A stretch of 64,000 bases of DNA from Armatimonadota bacterium (GTDB taxonomy: Bacteria > Armatimonadota > UBA5829 > DTLH01). Below are positions 38,967 to 48,790 of the stretch, one piece after another. The position numbers were made by a program, and so were the translations under genes. The notes beneath the pieces are model-generated. The model worked only from the letters and a program-made list of their open reading frames with translations, did no database searches and had not been told where the DNA came from. The stretch covers positions 32,001 to 96,000 of the forward strand of contig JBBRAE010000005.1 in assembly GCA_038207085.1 (NCBI GenBank). Reading direction: 5' to 3'. Numbering within the stretch: the first letter of the stretch is position 1; every line of letters starts with the position of its first letter.

Positions 38967-39455
38967 CTATAACGGCAGAATATCGGGCATACCGGAGTAC
39001 GGCCACAAATCCGCAGTCTCCGCCAATCCTCCCCTTATCGGATTCTCCAGAATGTACTGGCAAATTGCAATTGTATCCTCATCCCTACGCGCTATGTGAT
39101 CGTACCAACTCCGCTGCCACAACTGACCTTCACCTTCGTGCTTTCGATAGATCATAGTCGTAAAGCTCTTGAATTGGCCAATGACACTACCTACAGACGC
39201 TTGTTCCTCTGTGGGCGACAGCGCCAGATGCAAGTGATCAGGCATCAGACAATACGCATACAGCCGAATGATCCCCTTGTCACGCCTCCACAACAGAGCA
39301 TCAACAACATCGCGAGCCAGCAAGGGATCTTCAAAAACCCGCTGTTTGTCGGTCGTGCACATGGTTGCAAAATAGACCATGTTAGGGTCAGAATAGCTAA
39401 CATCCTCAAGTCGCATCCGTTTGCGAAGATAGCATCGCTCTCGAGTTTCGCTCAT
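38967..39455 (-). mobile_element. REP-associated tyrosine transposase (RAYT, Y1 HUH)
   Basis: YFATMCT, AYCLMPDHLHL (HUH), FKSFT, WQRSWYDH, YILENP and WPYS; flanked by GTAG REPs. Confidence 0.92.
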
Positions 39456-39484
39456 ACACAATCCCCAACAAACGCCATATCGCC

Positions 39485-39619
39485 ACAAACTCACGTAGTG
39501 GCCGGTCGCCGTGCCGGCCATCAGCGCCAAAGGCGCTGCGCCAACTGTGTAATCTCATATACGTGATCATTTGTACGACGCGTCCCGCGTCGATGGCCGG
39601 CCAGCGACCGGCCACTACA
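39485..39619. repeat. REPIN upstream of RAYT (135-bp direct repeat 2)
   Basis: Near-identical to 38822-38956. Confidence 0.92.
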
Positions 39620-39637
39620 ATTTCCCATCGGCGGACA

Positions 39638-40090
39638 TCACAATCTAAACTCCGCGCTGTCCATAACAATCGTCACCGGCCCATCGTTCTGTATCCCAAA
39701 TAGCATATGTGCTTGGAACTGTCCGGTTTTGATCGGCACGCCAAGGCCTCGCAGATGTTCGACGAACTTCTGATAGAGCCTGTCGGCATCCCCCGGTGGG
39801 GCTGCCTTGTCGAACCCCGGGCGGCGGCCACGTCTAACATCTGCATAAAGCGTGAACTGCGAAACAACCAGCGCTTCCCCGCCGATATCGAGCACTGAGA
39901 GATTCATTTTACCCGCTTCGTCCTCGAAAATCCTGAGGTTAGCTACCTTATCGGCAAGCTTGGGGATGTCGCGCTCTGTGTCACCCTGACCTACACCCAA
40001 AAGTATCGCAAGACCCCGGCCGATTCGCGATATCTCGCGGCCCTCGACCGTGACGCTCGCCCCTGTTACCCTCTGAAGCACGAGCCTCAT
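39638..40090 (-). CDS. dtd: D-aminoacyl-tRNA deacylase
   Basis: [13 protein letters not shown] and NDGPVT motifs. Confidence 0.96.
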   Translation of the reverse strand: MRLVLQRVTGASVTVEGREISRIGRGLAILLGVGQGDTERDIPKLADKVANLRIFEDEAGKMNLSVLDIGGEALVVSQFTLYADVRRGRRPGFDKAAPPGDADRLYQKFVEHLRGLGVPIKTGQFQAHMLFGIQNDGPVTIVMDSAEFRL

Positions 40091-40091
40091 A

Positions 40092-42308
40092 CTACTTTAC
40101 TCCACCGGGGCTGTGCGCGGCAACCCTTTCAATCTTAAGAATATCAGAAAGCCTCCCGATCGCGTTCATCAGGTCGGTGAGGTGCGCAACGTCCCGCACC
40201 GCGACGTTTAGATCGAACGATGCATGCCTGTCAGGTAGCGACTTGATCTTGGCACCGGTGATGTTGGTGTTGGCGGTTGAAAATATCGCCGATATATCCT
40301 GCAGGAGCCCAACGCGGTCCAGCGCCTCGACCTTGATGTTGGCCTCGTAGCGCTCCCCGTCCGGCGTCCAGTCGACCGCGACCAGGCGTTCCTCTTCGTT
40401 CTGACGAAACGCGGTGACGTTTGGGCAGTTGGTGCGGTGAAGCACCATCCCCTTGCCCCGCGAGACGTAGCCGACTACCTCGTCACCGGGCACCGGAGCG
40501 CAGCACTTGGCGCGGATGATTGCGACCTGGTCGATCCCACCATCGAGCTGGATCGCAGGCTTACCCGACACCTGCGACTTGGCGATGGCAAACTCTTCGG
40601 GGTGCGGTTCCTCAGCTTTCAGCTTGTTTACGACCGCCCCAACCGCCACGTGTCCGTAGCCGATCGCTGCGAGAAGATCCTCATCTGACTGCAGGTTGAA
40701 TGTCCCCGCGATCTTTTGGAGCTTCTCCGGTTTCATCAGGCTTTGGGCGACCTGGCTTCCCAGGCGGTCGAGTTCGCGTTCAAGCACGGTTTTCCCCTGC
40801 CCCACGCTCTGGACGTATTCGAGCTTGCGGAAGTGCGCCTTGATACGGTTGCGCGCGTGCGAAGTCTTTACAAACAAGAGCCAGTCGCGGCTCGGCTGAC
40901 TGTTCGAGCGGGTAATGACCTCGACGATGTCGCCGTTTTTGAACTGGTACGCTAGCGGCACTATGCGACCGTTCACCTTGGCCCCAACACAGTGGTTCCC
41001 GACATCGCTGTGGATTCTAAAGGCAAAGTCCAGCGGAGTCGAACCGGCGGGCAGGTCAACAACATCGCCGCGCGGGGTGAAGACGAATACCTGATCGGTA
41101 AACAGATCGTCGATCACCGAGTGCAGAAACTCGTTTGCGTCCTTGGTATCGGCCTGCCAGTCGAAAAGCTGCTGGCGGAGCCACGACATCTTGCGCTCGA
41201 ACTCATCCCCCGCCCCAGCCTGCTCTTTGTAGCGCCAATGCGCGGCGATTCCAAAATCAGCCATCCGGTGCATGTCCCAGGTGCGAATCTGTATCTCAAG
41301 CGGCTCCCCGCGAGGCCCGATGACCTTGGTGTGAAGCGACTGGTACATGTTGGACTTCGGCTTTGCGATGTGATCCGCGAAACGGTCGGGAATCGGCATC
41401 CATTGGTCGTGCACGACACCCAGCGCGTGATAGCAGTCGGCAACGCTGTTTACGATGATGCGAAGCGCCGAGAGGTCGTAAATCTCGCTAAAGTCGACCC
41501 CTTCGCGGAGCGTCTTCTGATAAATACTGTAGAGGTGCTTTGGCCTGGCCTGGATCGTCGCCGAGATATGCTCATCGCGCAGTCGGTTTTGGATGATCTC
41601 GACCGCCTCTTTCAGGTCGGTTTCCCGCTCGACACGCGTGCGAGAGACTTTCTCCGCGGTCAGGGCGTACTCCTCGGGCTGAAGATACTTAAACGCGAGG
41701 TCCTCAAGCTCCCACTTCACCTTCCAAATCCCCAGGCGATGGGCGAGCGGGGAGAAGATCTGAAGCGTCTCCATCGCGACCTTTTTCTGCCGGTCCTCGG
41801 GGAGTCCCTGAAGAGTCATCATGTTGTGCAGCCGGTCGGCGAGCTTGATGACCATAACCCGCAGGTCACGCGCCATCGCAAGCAAAATCTTGCGCAGGTT
41901 CTCAGCGCTCCTGCTCGACTCGGCGTGCTTCTTCTTGGTGGCCCCGTCCACTTTCTCAGCATCGGTTGTCACCACGACGTCGAAATCGGCGAGTTTCAGC
42001 TTTGTGACTCCGTCGACCAGACGCGCAACGTCCGGGCCGAACTCTTTTTCAAGCTGCTCAAGCTTTACATCCTGGTCCTCGACCACGTCGTGAAGAAGCC
42101 CTGCGGCGATGCTGACCGAGTCCATTTCGAGGTCGGCCAAAATGCGTGCGGCTTCCAGGGGATGGGTGATATAGGGGTCGCCGGATAGACGTGCCTGCCC
42201 CTCGTGCGCCTTCTCGGCAAACCGGTAGGCGCGCTCGATAAGCTCGAAATTGGCGTCCGGGTTATACTCCCGCACGCGCTCGATTATGGAGTCTATAGTC
42301 GTGGCCAT
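40092..42308 (-). CDS. rel: Bifunctional (p)ppGpp synthetase/hydrolase (long RSH)
   Basis: LLHDVVED hydrolase motif, [27 protein letters not shown] and ACT domains. Confidence 0.96.
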   Translation of the reverse strand: MATTIDSIIERVREYNPDANFELIERAYRFAEKAHEGQARLSGDPYITHPLEAARILADLEMDSVSIAAGLLHDVVEDQDVKLEQLEKEFGPDVARLVDGVTKLKLADFDVVVTTDAEKVDGATKKKHAESSRSAENLRKILLAMARDLRVMVIKLADRLHNMMTLQGLPEDRQKKVAMETLQIFSPLAHRLGIWKVKWELEDLAFKYLQPEEYALTAEKVSRTRVERETDLKEAVEIIQNRLRDEHISATIQARPKHLYSIYQKTLREGVDFSEIYDLSALRIIVNSVADCYHALGVVHDQWMPIPDRFADHIAKPKSNMYQSLHTKVIGPRGEPLEIQIRTWDMHRMADFGIAAHWRYKEQAGAGDEFERKMSWLRQQLFDWQADTKDANEFLHSVIDDLFTDQVFVFTPRGDVVDLPAGSTPLDFAFRIHSDVGNHCVGAKVNGRIVPLAYQFKNGDIVEVITRSNSQPSRDWLLFVKTSHARNRIKAHFRKLEYVQSVGQGKTVLERELDRLGSQVAQSLMKPEKLQKIAGTFNLQSDEDLLAAIGYGHVAVGAVVNKLKAEEPHPEEFAIAKSQVSGKPAIQLDGGIDQVAIIRAKCCAPVPGDEVVGYVSRGKGMVLHRTNCPNVTAFRQNEEERLVAVDWTPDGERYEANIKVEALDRVGLLQDISAIFSTANTNITGAKIKSLPDRHASFDLNVAVRDVAHLTDLMNAIGRLSDILKIERVAAHSPGGVK

Positions 42309-42360
42309 TGTCTTATGCAAGTAAGCGTTACGAACTGGTCCTTAGGTGCCACTTCACCAC

Positions 42361-44082
42361 CTACGCGCCGGTTCCCTCCGTCCTAATATCACGGAGCATG
42401 AGCTGGAGATTGTCATATCCGTTATATGAATTCGACCTGATATTGTAACACAAATCGATGGACCGGCCAAGCTGAACCGACGGCTGGCGCGGCCCCATAC
42501 CAAAGCCTATACAGTCAAGTCTATCCGAGTGCACCCGCACCTTCATCTTGAGGTGAGCTCCCTCGCCTCCGACCCTGCCGGTGTCGATCACCTCTATCCC
42601 GGAGCTGCAGAACACAGGCTCGGGGTTGCCGCTGCCAAAGGGCTCCAGGCGGTTGATCTCGCGGAGCAGTTCCCAGGAGATTTCGGTCGGGTCAAGCTCC
42701 CCTTCGACAGTGATCCTTGGGATCATGTCCTCGGGCTTGATGATCTCGGTTGCGATTTTGTTTAGTTTCTCTTCAAATTCCGTCAGGTTGTCGGTGCTAA
42801 GCGAGAGCCCCGCCGCAAGCGCGTGACCACCGGAGCGTCTAAGGAGGTCCTTGCACTGGTTCAGCGCGTCGATCATATTGAAGGCTTCGATGCTTCTGCC
42901 TGACCCGTGCGCCGTCCCGTCCTCTTCGTTCACCGTAAGGAGAATCGCGGGCCGGCTGTAGCGCTCGACCACCTTGCTTGCGACGATCCCGACGACCCCT
43001 GAGTGCCAGTCGCTTGCCGCAAGGACGATCGCCTTGTAGAAGTCGAGGTCCTTGTTCTCCATCTTGGCATCGACCGACTGCAATATCTTCGCCTGCTCCG
43101 CCTGTCGCTCTATGTTTCGCTGTTCGAGCACCTCGGCAAGCGTATCAGCCTCTTCCCGGTCGTAGGTGAGCATAAGCTGAAGCGCAATCGCAGCATCATC
43201 CATGCGCCCTACGGCGTTGATTCTCGGGGCGAGCACGAAACCTACGTGGTAGGTGGTGATCGGCTTGCCTTCCAGGCCGTTACGGGCGATCATCGCCTGA
43301 ATACCGACCTTTTTGCTCTTGGCGAGCGCCTGAAGTCCGTATTTGACGATCACACGGTTCTCACCAACCAGAGGGCTAACGTCCGCAATAGTGCCAAGCG
43401 CCGCAAGGTCGATAAATGCCTCCAGGAACTTGGCTTCGTCGTGCCCCATCCGCCGCACCAGCGCCTGGGCGAACTTCATCGCAACACCGACTCCGGCAAG
43501 GTGCGGGAACGGGTAGGTGGAGTCATGCCGCATGGGGTTGACGACGGCAATGGCGCGGGGCAGATCGTCGCCCTGCTCGTGGTGGTCTGTGACGACCATG
43601 TCGATCCCGAGCGACTGCGCGTGCTCGATAGTCTCGCAGGCCTTGACGCCGCAGTCGGCGGTGATGATCAGCGTCGCGCCTTCGGCCTTGGCCTCGTCAG
43701 CATTGTAGGGTTTGATGTCGTAGCCGTCGCGTTTTCTGTGAGGGACGCGGCAGAGGACGTTTCCACCGAGCCGCTTAAGCGATCGAATCAAAAGCGCGGC
43801 GCTCGTCACCCCGTCTACGTCGTAGTCCCCGTGGACCAGAATCTTTTCACCGGCTTCAAGTGCCCGGGCGACCCGCTCTATTCCGGCCTCCATATCAGGC
43901 AGAAGCATGGGGTCGTGGAGTTGGTCGAGAGAAGGGGAGAGAAACGCGGCAACGGCTTCGGCGGTGGTAATCTTTCGATTGATAAGAATCCGCGCCACCG
44001 TCTCAGAAACCCGCGCCTCGCGCGCCAGATTTTGCACCTCAGCCTGATCGAACTTAGGCAAAATCCACAAAACGTTAGCCAT
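42361..44082 (-). CDS. recJ: Single-stranded DNA exonuclease RecJ
   Basis: GDYDVDG, DCG, TDHH, PRINAVGR, GGHALAAG and EPFGSGN motifs. Confidence 0.96.
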   Translation of the reverse strand: MANVLWILPKFDQAEVQNLAREARVSETVARILINRKITTAEAVAAFLSPSLDQLHDPMLLPDMEAGIERVARALEAGEKILVHGDYDVDGVTSAALLIRSLKRLGGNVLCRVPHRKRDGYDIKPYNADEAKAEGATLIITADCGVKACETIEHAQSLGIDMVVTDHHEQGDDLPRAIAVVNPMRHDSTYPFPHLAGVGVAMKFAQALVRRMGHDEAKFLEAFIDLAALGTIADVSPLVGENRVIVKYGLQALAKSKKVGIQAMIARNGLEGKPITTYHVGFVLAPRINAVGRMDDAAIALQLMLTYDREEADTLAEVLEQRNIERQAEQAKILQSVDAKMENKDLDFYKAIVLAASDWHSGVVGIVASKVVERYSRPAILLTVNEEDGTAHGSGRSIEAFNMIDALNQCKDLLRRSGGHALAAGLSLSTDNLTEFEEKLNKIATEIIKPEDMIPRITVEGELDPTEISWELLREINRLEPFGSGNPEPVFCSSGIEVIDTGRVGGEGAHLKMKVRVHSDRLDCIGFGMGPRQPSVQLGRSIDLCYNIRSNSYNGYDNLQLMLRDIRTEGTGA

Positions 44083-44112
44083 TGTCCTCTTCCCGATTGG
44101 TCACCCATCAAT

Positions 44113-44162
44113 CAAAAAGTGCCTGTGGGGCTTACCGCAAAGCGCGTGCCCACAGGCCCTTT
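44113..44162 (-). terminator. Rho-independent terminator after secDF
   Basis: Minus strand GCCTGTGGGC...GCCCACAGGC followed by ACTTTTT. Confidence 0.65.
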
Positions 44163-44234
44163 ATTCTCTATTATCTATACGGTTCCGTGCAGAAATCAAT
44201 CACAAACTGAGCAATCTAAGCCCAATCTGAAATC

Positions 44235-47018
44235 CTAGAACCGTCTTTTCTTTCTCTTCGGCTTGACCTTGGTCTTGTCGTCGTCTACGTCAACCCCACC
44301 GCCGCCGTTGCTCGGCGCGGGCGCGGAGACCTTGACTTCGGATGCGGTGACAAGCGCCTTGTCCTCAGCCACTCGTCGCTGTGCTGTTGTGCCACCCTTG
44401 CGGCGGTTGGCGATATTCTCCCAAACCACCAGAAGCGGTGTCGCGTTAAAGATCGACGAGTAGGTTCCACTGATGATACCCACGAGCAAGGCGATATACA
44501 GATGCTTGATCGAGAGCCCGCCGCCACCAAACACGGTCAGCGCCACAATCGTCAGAAGAACGGTCACGGACGTGTTTATCGACCGGGTGAAGGTCTGCAG
44601 GATGCTCTTGTTCGCGAGCGTCTCGAAGTCCTCACCACGCACTCTGTGCTTCAGGTTCTCACGGATCCGGTCAAAGACGACGATGGTGTCGTGCGTCGAG
44701 AAACCGATCATTGTAAGGACCGCAGTCACAAACAGCGTGTCGATCTCCCAGCCCCACAAGTAACCTGCCGCCGCAAATAGTCCTGTGATAACAAGCACGT
44801 CGTGCAGCGTAGCCGCTATTGCGCAGATACCATACTTCAGTCCATCAGCAAATCCGCCGACAGCAAACCTGATCGTAAGATAAAGCACGATTGCAATCGC
44901 TGCAAGGATAACCGCGAAGATTGCCTTCTGGGTAAGCTCTTTGCTGATGGTCGCGCCAACGCTCGACGAAGAGACCTTGGCCATTCCATACTTGGCCTCC
45001 AAGGCGTCTACGATCTTGTCTCTATCAACGTCGATGCTCTTCAGCTGATCGGTGCGGATGAACGCAGTGATCGGCTTGCCCGCACCCTGAGAGATCTGAG
45101 CGGTATTTTTGACGCCCAGACCCTCGATCACGTCGGAGACTTCGCCTGCCCGAATATCCCTGGGAGTGTTGAGCTCCACATTGAAATCGGTAAGCGAATT
45201 GCCGGTAAGCTTGGTCGAAAGCGCCTTCTTGATCGAATCAATCTGCGCCTGATCGTTCTTGCCAAGAGCCGCGGTGATCGTTGCCGTGTCACCTGCGACC
45301 TCGACCTTGTTTGTGATCTCTGAGCTGTTCGGGTCGGCGGACGTCACGAGATTCTCAAGCTGAGCCTGAGGAATGTCGATCGGCTTTGCGAACTTGGCTT
45401 CCATCCGAGCGCTCTCGAAGGTCATCTCAATCGTCGTTCCCGGCTTGAACTCGATACCGGGCTTCAGTCCGTGGCCGGTCTTCACAAAGTTCAGCCCGTA
45501 GAAGATAAGTCCCGGAATGATTACAATCGCGGACAGCGCGAAGTATGCATTTCTGCGGCCAACAACGTTCAGCCCGCTTCTTGTGAACCAGGAAGCTCCG
45601 AGCCCGAACATATTCGGGTTCTGCGCCCAGGGCAGACTGACCACAAGGTGCAGGAACGATCTGGTCACGAGAATCGCCGTGAACATACTGACAAGAACAC
45701 CGATCACGAGTGTAAAGGCGAAGCTCTGCACTGTGCCGGTCCCGATCTTCATCAGGATGAGCGCGGTGATGATCGTGCACATATTGGAGTCGAAGATCGC
45801 TGTGAACGCCCTTGAGAACCCGGCGTCGATCGCCGCATGAAGCGTCTTGCCACTCCGAAGCTCTTCTTTAAGTCGCTCAAATATAAGGACGTTGGCGTCG
45901 ACCGCCATACCGATCGACAGAACAAACGCCGCAAGACCCGCAAGCGTCATCGTAACGCCGAGCGCAGTAAACGCAGCCCACGTGAGCAGCGCATAGATCA
46001 CAAGCGCGACGTCAGCCAAAAGTCCCGGCAGCCGGTAGACAACCAGCATAAAGATCATAACCAGCGCGAAGCCGATCAGACCGGCAAGCTTTGCCTGTTT
46101 TACGGTGTCTTTGCCGAGCGTAGCCTCAACGTCGTCAAGCTGGACGATTGTGAGCTGCACGGGAAGTGCGCCACTGTTCAGTAGCTGAGCCTTCTGCTGA
46201 GCGTCCTCAAGGTTTGAGAACCCGGTGATCTGACCCTTGCCGTCGGGGATAACCGACTGGACTCTCGGCGCGGTAACAATTGTGTTACCAATGAGAATAG
46301 CCGTGGCCTCACCGATATGGCGCTGTGTGAACTCGCGGAAGTTCTCTGCGCCCTTGTTATTCAGCTCAAAGCGAATAACGGCCTGTGAACCGTTCTCGAA
46401 GTCGCCCACGGCGTTCGGTTTGAGGTCGTCGCCCGTGACGATCGGGGACTGCCCGTCGGGGTTAGTCTTGCTTTTCGCATCGATAACCTCGTCGAGAATC
46501 TTCTGCATTCCCTCAGGGGTATTGCTTTTGACGATCTCCTTGGAGACGGTGTTCTCGAAGGCATAGACATCCATTCCGGTCTTCTCATCTGCCTGCGGCT
46601 CAAGCATGAGCCACGGAGCGGAAGGGTTGCGGTCGGAGCGGACATCCTTCAGGTAGTAGATCTCGAGCTTGGCTGTGTCCTTGATCTGATCAAGCGCCTG
46701 CTGTTTGTTCTTCAGGCCAGGAAGCTCAACCAGAACGCGGTCATCGCCCTGCCTCGAAATCTGAGGCTCGGCAACGCCAAAGTTACCCTCAACTCTGGTC
46801 CTAATGGTGCGGATGACGGCGTTCATCTTATCGGCCTTGGCTTCAGGCGAAAGAATCTGCCCCTTGGCATCCTTCAGGTCATCGGGGTTAGCTTGCAGTA
46901 CAACGCGCATACCGCCCGCCAAGTCGAGCCCTTCGCGCATCTTCACCTTAGCGACGACAACCGAGGCACCGATGATAAGGGCAATGGTGAGCAGTAAATA
47001 CTTATGGTATTTCGACAC
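44235..47018 (-). CDS. secDF: Fused protein translocase subunit SecDF
   Basis: GLDLAGG, SGALP, GMAVDANVLIFER, GIEF and DTIVVFDRIREN; GGGAGG then GTG at 47018. Confidence 0.95.
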   Translation of the reverse strand: MSKYHKYLLLTIALIIGASVVVAKVKMREGLDLAGGMRVVLQANPDDLKDAKGQILSPEAKADKMNAVIRTIRTRVEGNFGVAEPQISRQGDDRVLVELPGLKNKQQALDQIKDTAKLEIYYLKDVRSDRNPSAPWLMLEPQADEKTGMDVYAFENTVSKEIVKSNTPEGMQKILDEVIDAKSKTNPDGQSPIVTGDDLKPNAVGDFENGSQAVIRFELNNKGAENFREFTQRHIGEATAILIGNTIVTAPRVQSVIPDGKGQITGFSNLEDAQQKAQLLNSGALPVQLTIVQLDDVEATLGKDTVKQAKLAGLIGFALVMIFMLVVYRLPGLLADVALVIYALLTWAAFTALGVTMTLAGLAAFVLSIGMAVDANVLIFERLKEELRSGKTLHAAIDAGFSRAFTAIFDSNMCTIITALILMKIGTGTVQSFAFTLVIGVLVSMFTAILVTRSFLHLVVSLPWAQNPNMFGLGASWFTRSGLNVVGRRNAYFALSAIVIIPGLIFYGLNFVKTGHGLKPGIEFKPGTTIEMTFESARMEAKFAKPIDIPQAQLENLVTSADPNSSEITNKVEVAGDTATITAALGKNDQAQIDSIKKALSTKLTGNSLTDFNVELNTPRDIRAGEVSDVIEGLGVKNTAQISQGAGKPITAFIRTDQLKSIDVDRDKIVDALEAKYGMAKVSSSSVGATISKELTQKAIFAVILAAIAIVLYLTIRFAVGGFADGLKYGICAIAATLHDVLVITGLFAAAGYLWGWEIDTLFVTAVLTMIGFSTHDTIVVFDRIRENLKHRVRGEDFETLANKSILQTFTRSINTSVTVLLTIVALTVFGGGGLSIKHLYIALLVGIISGTYSSIFNATPLLVVWENIANRRKGGTTAQRRVAEDKALVTASEVKVSAPAPSNGGGGVDVDDDKTKVKPKRKKRRF

Positions 47019-47246
47019 TCTGGAATCCTCCCAAACGTATGATGGCTGGCACTCCCCATAGGTTCCCAGCCCACGACGTGAGCAAATACCTACAGATGAA
47101 TATATACAGGTCATTATATTCGGTTAAGATCACCATGTCAACATTCGCTCACAGTTATAGAGCGATATTTGAACCGGCTATCTTTCCGACAATCCAGCTT
47201 CTACCAATCTATACGCAACCTCAGCCACAACTGTTACAGGAAACTA

Positions 47247-47359
47247 TGGAGTGCGGCGAGCAATCGCCGCTTTGTTCTCGGCCAACAGCAAGGTGCGCAA
47301 GCGCCATATTATCACCAGCTGGGAGATTTGTGAAAGCGGCTCTCGCAAGCCGCACTCCA
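47247..47359. repeat. REPIN-like element with TGGAGTGCGGC ends
   Basis: TGGAGTGCGGCGAGCAATCGCCGCTTT ... AAAGCGGCTCTCGCAAGCCGCACTCCA; single copy in the window. Confidence 0.65.
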
Positions 47360-47482
47360 AATCAAGATTGACGACTGCCGACAGTGCCTATATGCTCCCA
47401 CACAAATCCCAAAATCGATTCATTTGCTCATCAGTTGCCTTCTATGGTAGAATTCAGTGAGAATAATCGCCCTATATAAAGG

Positions 47483-48394
47483 ATGGGCTTACAAGATATG
47501 CCGCTAGTAGTCGGCGTCAGCTTCCGTAAGATCGGAAAGGTTTATTATTTCGATCCCGGAGAGCTCGCGCTTAATGAAGGGGATTTCGTAATAGCCGAAA
47601 CGGCCCGTGGGATCGAGTTCGGCGAGATTATGATGGCGCCGCGTGAGGTGCCCGAGCATGAACTCGTCGCGCCTTTGAAGCGTGTCGTGCGCGTGGCTAC
47701 GGGTGATGACCTCGACCGCGCCGGGTCCAACCGCGACAACGAGAAGCGCGCGCACTCCGTCTGCCACAGAAAAATCGCAGAGCACGGGCTTCCGATGAAG
47801 CTGCTCGATGCCGAGTACAGCTTCGACAGCAGCCAGGTGACGTTCAGCTTCTCCGCCGAGGGCCGAGTCGACTTCCGCGAGCTTGTAAAAGACCTCGCAG
47901 GGGCTTTGAAGACCAAGGTCCAGCTCCACCAGATCGGCGTGCGCGACGAAGCCAAGCTGATCGGCGGTTACGGCACGTGCGGACGAGAGCTCTGTTGCGC
48001 GAGTTTTCTGTCCAGTTTTGACCCCATCTCGATGAAGATGGCCAAGGACCAGAGCCTGTTCCTGAACCCGGCCAAGTTCTCGGGCGTCTGCGGCAAACTT
48101 ATGTGCTGCCTGCGCTACGAGCACGAGTTCTACAAATACGCGCGTGAACACCTGCCCGCGGTAGGAGCGATCATTCCAACCGAGAACGGAAACGGTCGGC
48201 TTCTTGAGGTAAATGTGGTCTCAGGGATGATGATGGTCGAGATGGAAGGCGGCGTGATCGTCAATGTCTCCGCCAAGGACCTGAAGCTCGGTGGATGCTG
48301 CCGCAAGCACGGCGTCGGCTGCAACATGTCCCAGCAGAACTGCAAGCCGATTGTCGTCGATGAGCCCGAGCACGAAAAGGAACAGAGTAGCTAG
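47483..48394 (+). CDS. PSP1-domain protein (RicT/YaaT-like)
   Basis: GKVYYFDP, RVDFRELVKDL, IGVRDEA, CGRELCC, MAKDQ and GVCGKLMCCLRYE motifs. Confidence 0.92.
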   Translation: MGLQDMPLVVGVSFRKIGKVYYFDPGELALNEGDFVIAETARGIEFGEIMMAPREVPEHELVAPLKRVVRVATGDDLDRAGSNRDNEKRAHSVCHRKIAEHGLPMKLLDAEYSFDSSQVTFSFSAEGRVDFRELVKDLAGALKTKVQLHQIGVRDEAKLIGGYGTCGRELCCASFLSSFDPISMKMAKDQSLFLNPAKFSGVCGKLMCCLRYEHEFYKYAREHLPAVGAIIPTENGNGRLLEVNVVSGMMMVEMEGGVIVNVSAKDLKLGGCCRKHGVGCNMSQQNCKPIVVDEPEHEKEQSS

Positions 48395-48429
48395 TAGCCA
48401 GTCGCAAGTGACTTATTGAATGAATAACA

Positions 48430-48654
48430 ATGCCTATTTACGAGTTTCGCTGCACAAGTTGCCAAAAGAAGTTTGAAAAGCTCTGCCGGATGGGACAAAA
48501 AGACGGTGTAACCTGCCCGGACTGCGGGTCTGGCACGTCGCCCTTGTTCTCGACGTTCGCCTCAGTAATCGCGGGCGAATCGTCGTCAGGAAGCTCCTGC
48601 GCCGGCTGCGCAAGCGGCCAGTGCGGCAGCTGCAACTGTGGGCATCATCATTAG
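48430..48654 (+). CDS. FmdB-family zinc-ribbon protein
   Basis: MPIYEFRCTSC...FE...CPDCGS; Cys-rich tail. Confidence 0.88.
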   Translation: MPIYEFRCTSCQKKFEKLCRMGQKDGVTCPDCGSGTSPLFSTFASVIAGESSSGSSCAGCASGQCGSCNCGHHH

Positions 48655-48740
48655 CTGTTAGCTGTTAGCTGTTAGCTGTTAGCAAAACCACCATATCTGG
48701 AAGTCGTCTGCTAAGAGCTAAATACTAATAGCTAACGGCT
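48651..48740. repeat. Heptamer (TTAGCTG)n array with a degenerate inverted arm
   Basis: Four perfect TTAGCTG units at 48651-48678 include the FmdB stop; partner arm GCTAAGAGCTAAATACTAATAGCTAACGGCT; related tract at 52189-52213. Confidence 0.85.
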
Positions 48741-48790
48741 CCTTATCACACGGCGGGTACTCCCCGCCCATTTTTATGTAAGGGAGCCGT

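Noticed and set aside
38822..39619. Possible CRISPR array or composite transposon
   Set aside because: Only two 135-bp units flanking an HUH transposase; no spacers, cas genes or DDE transposase.
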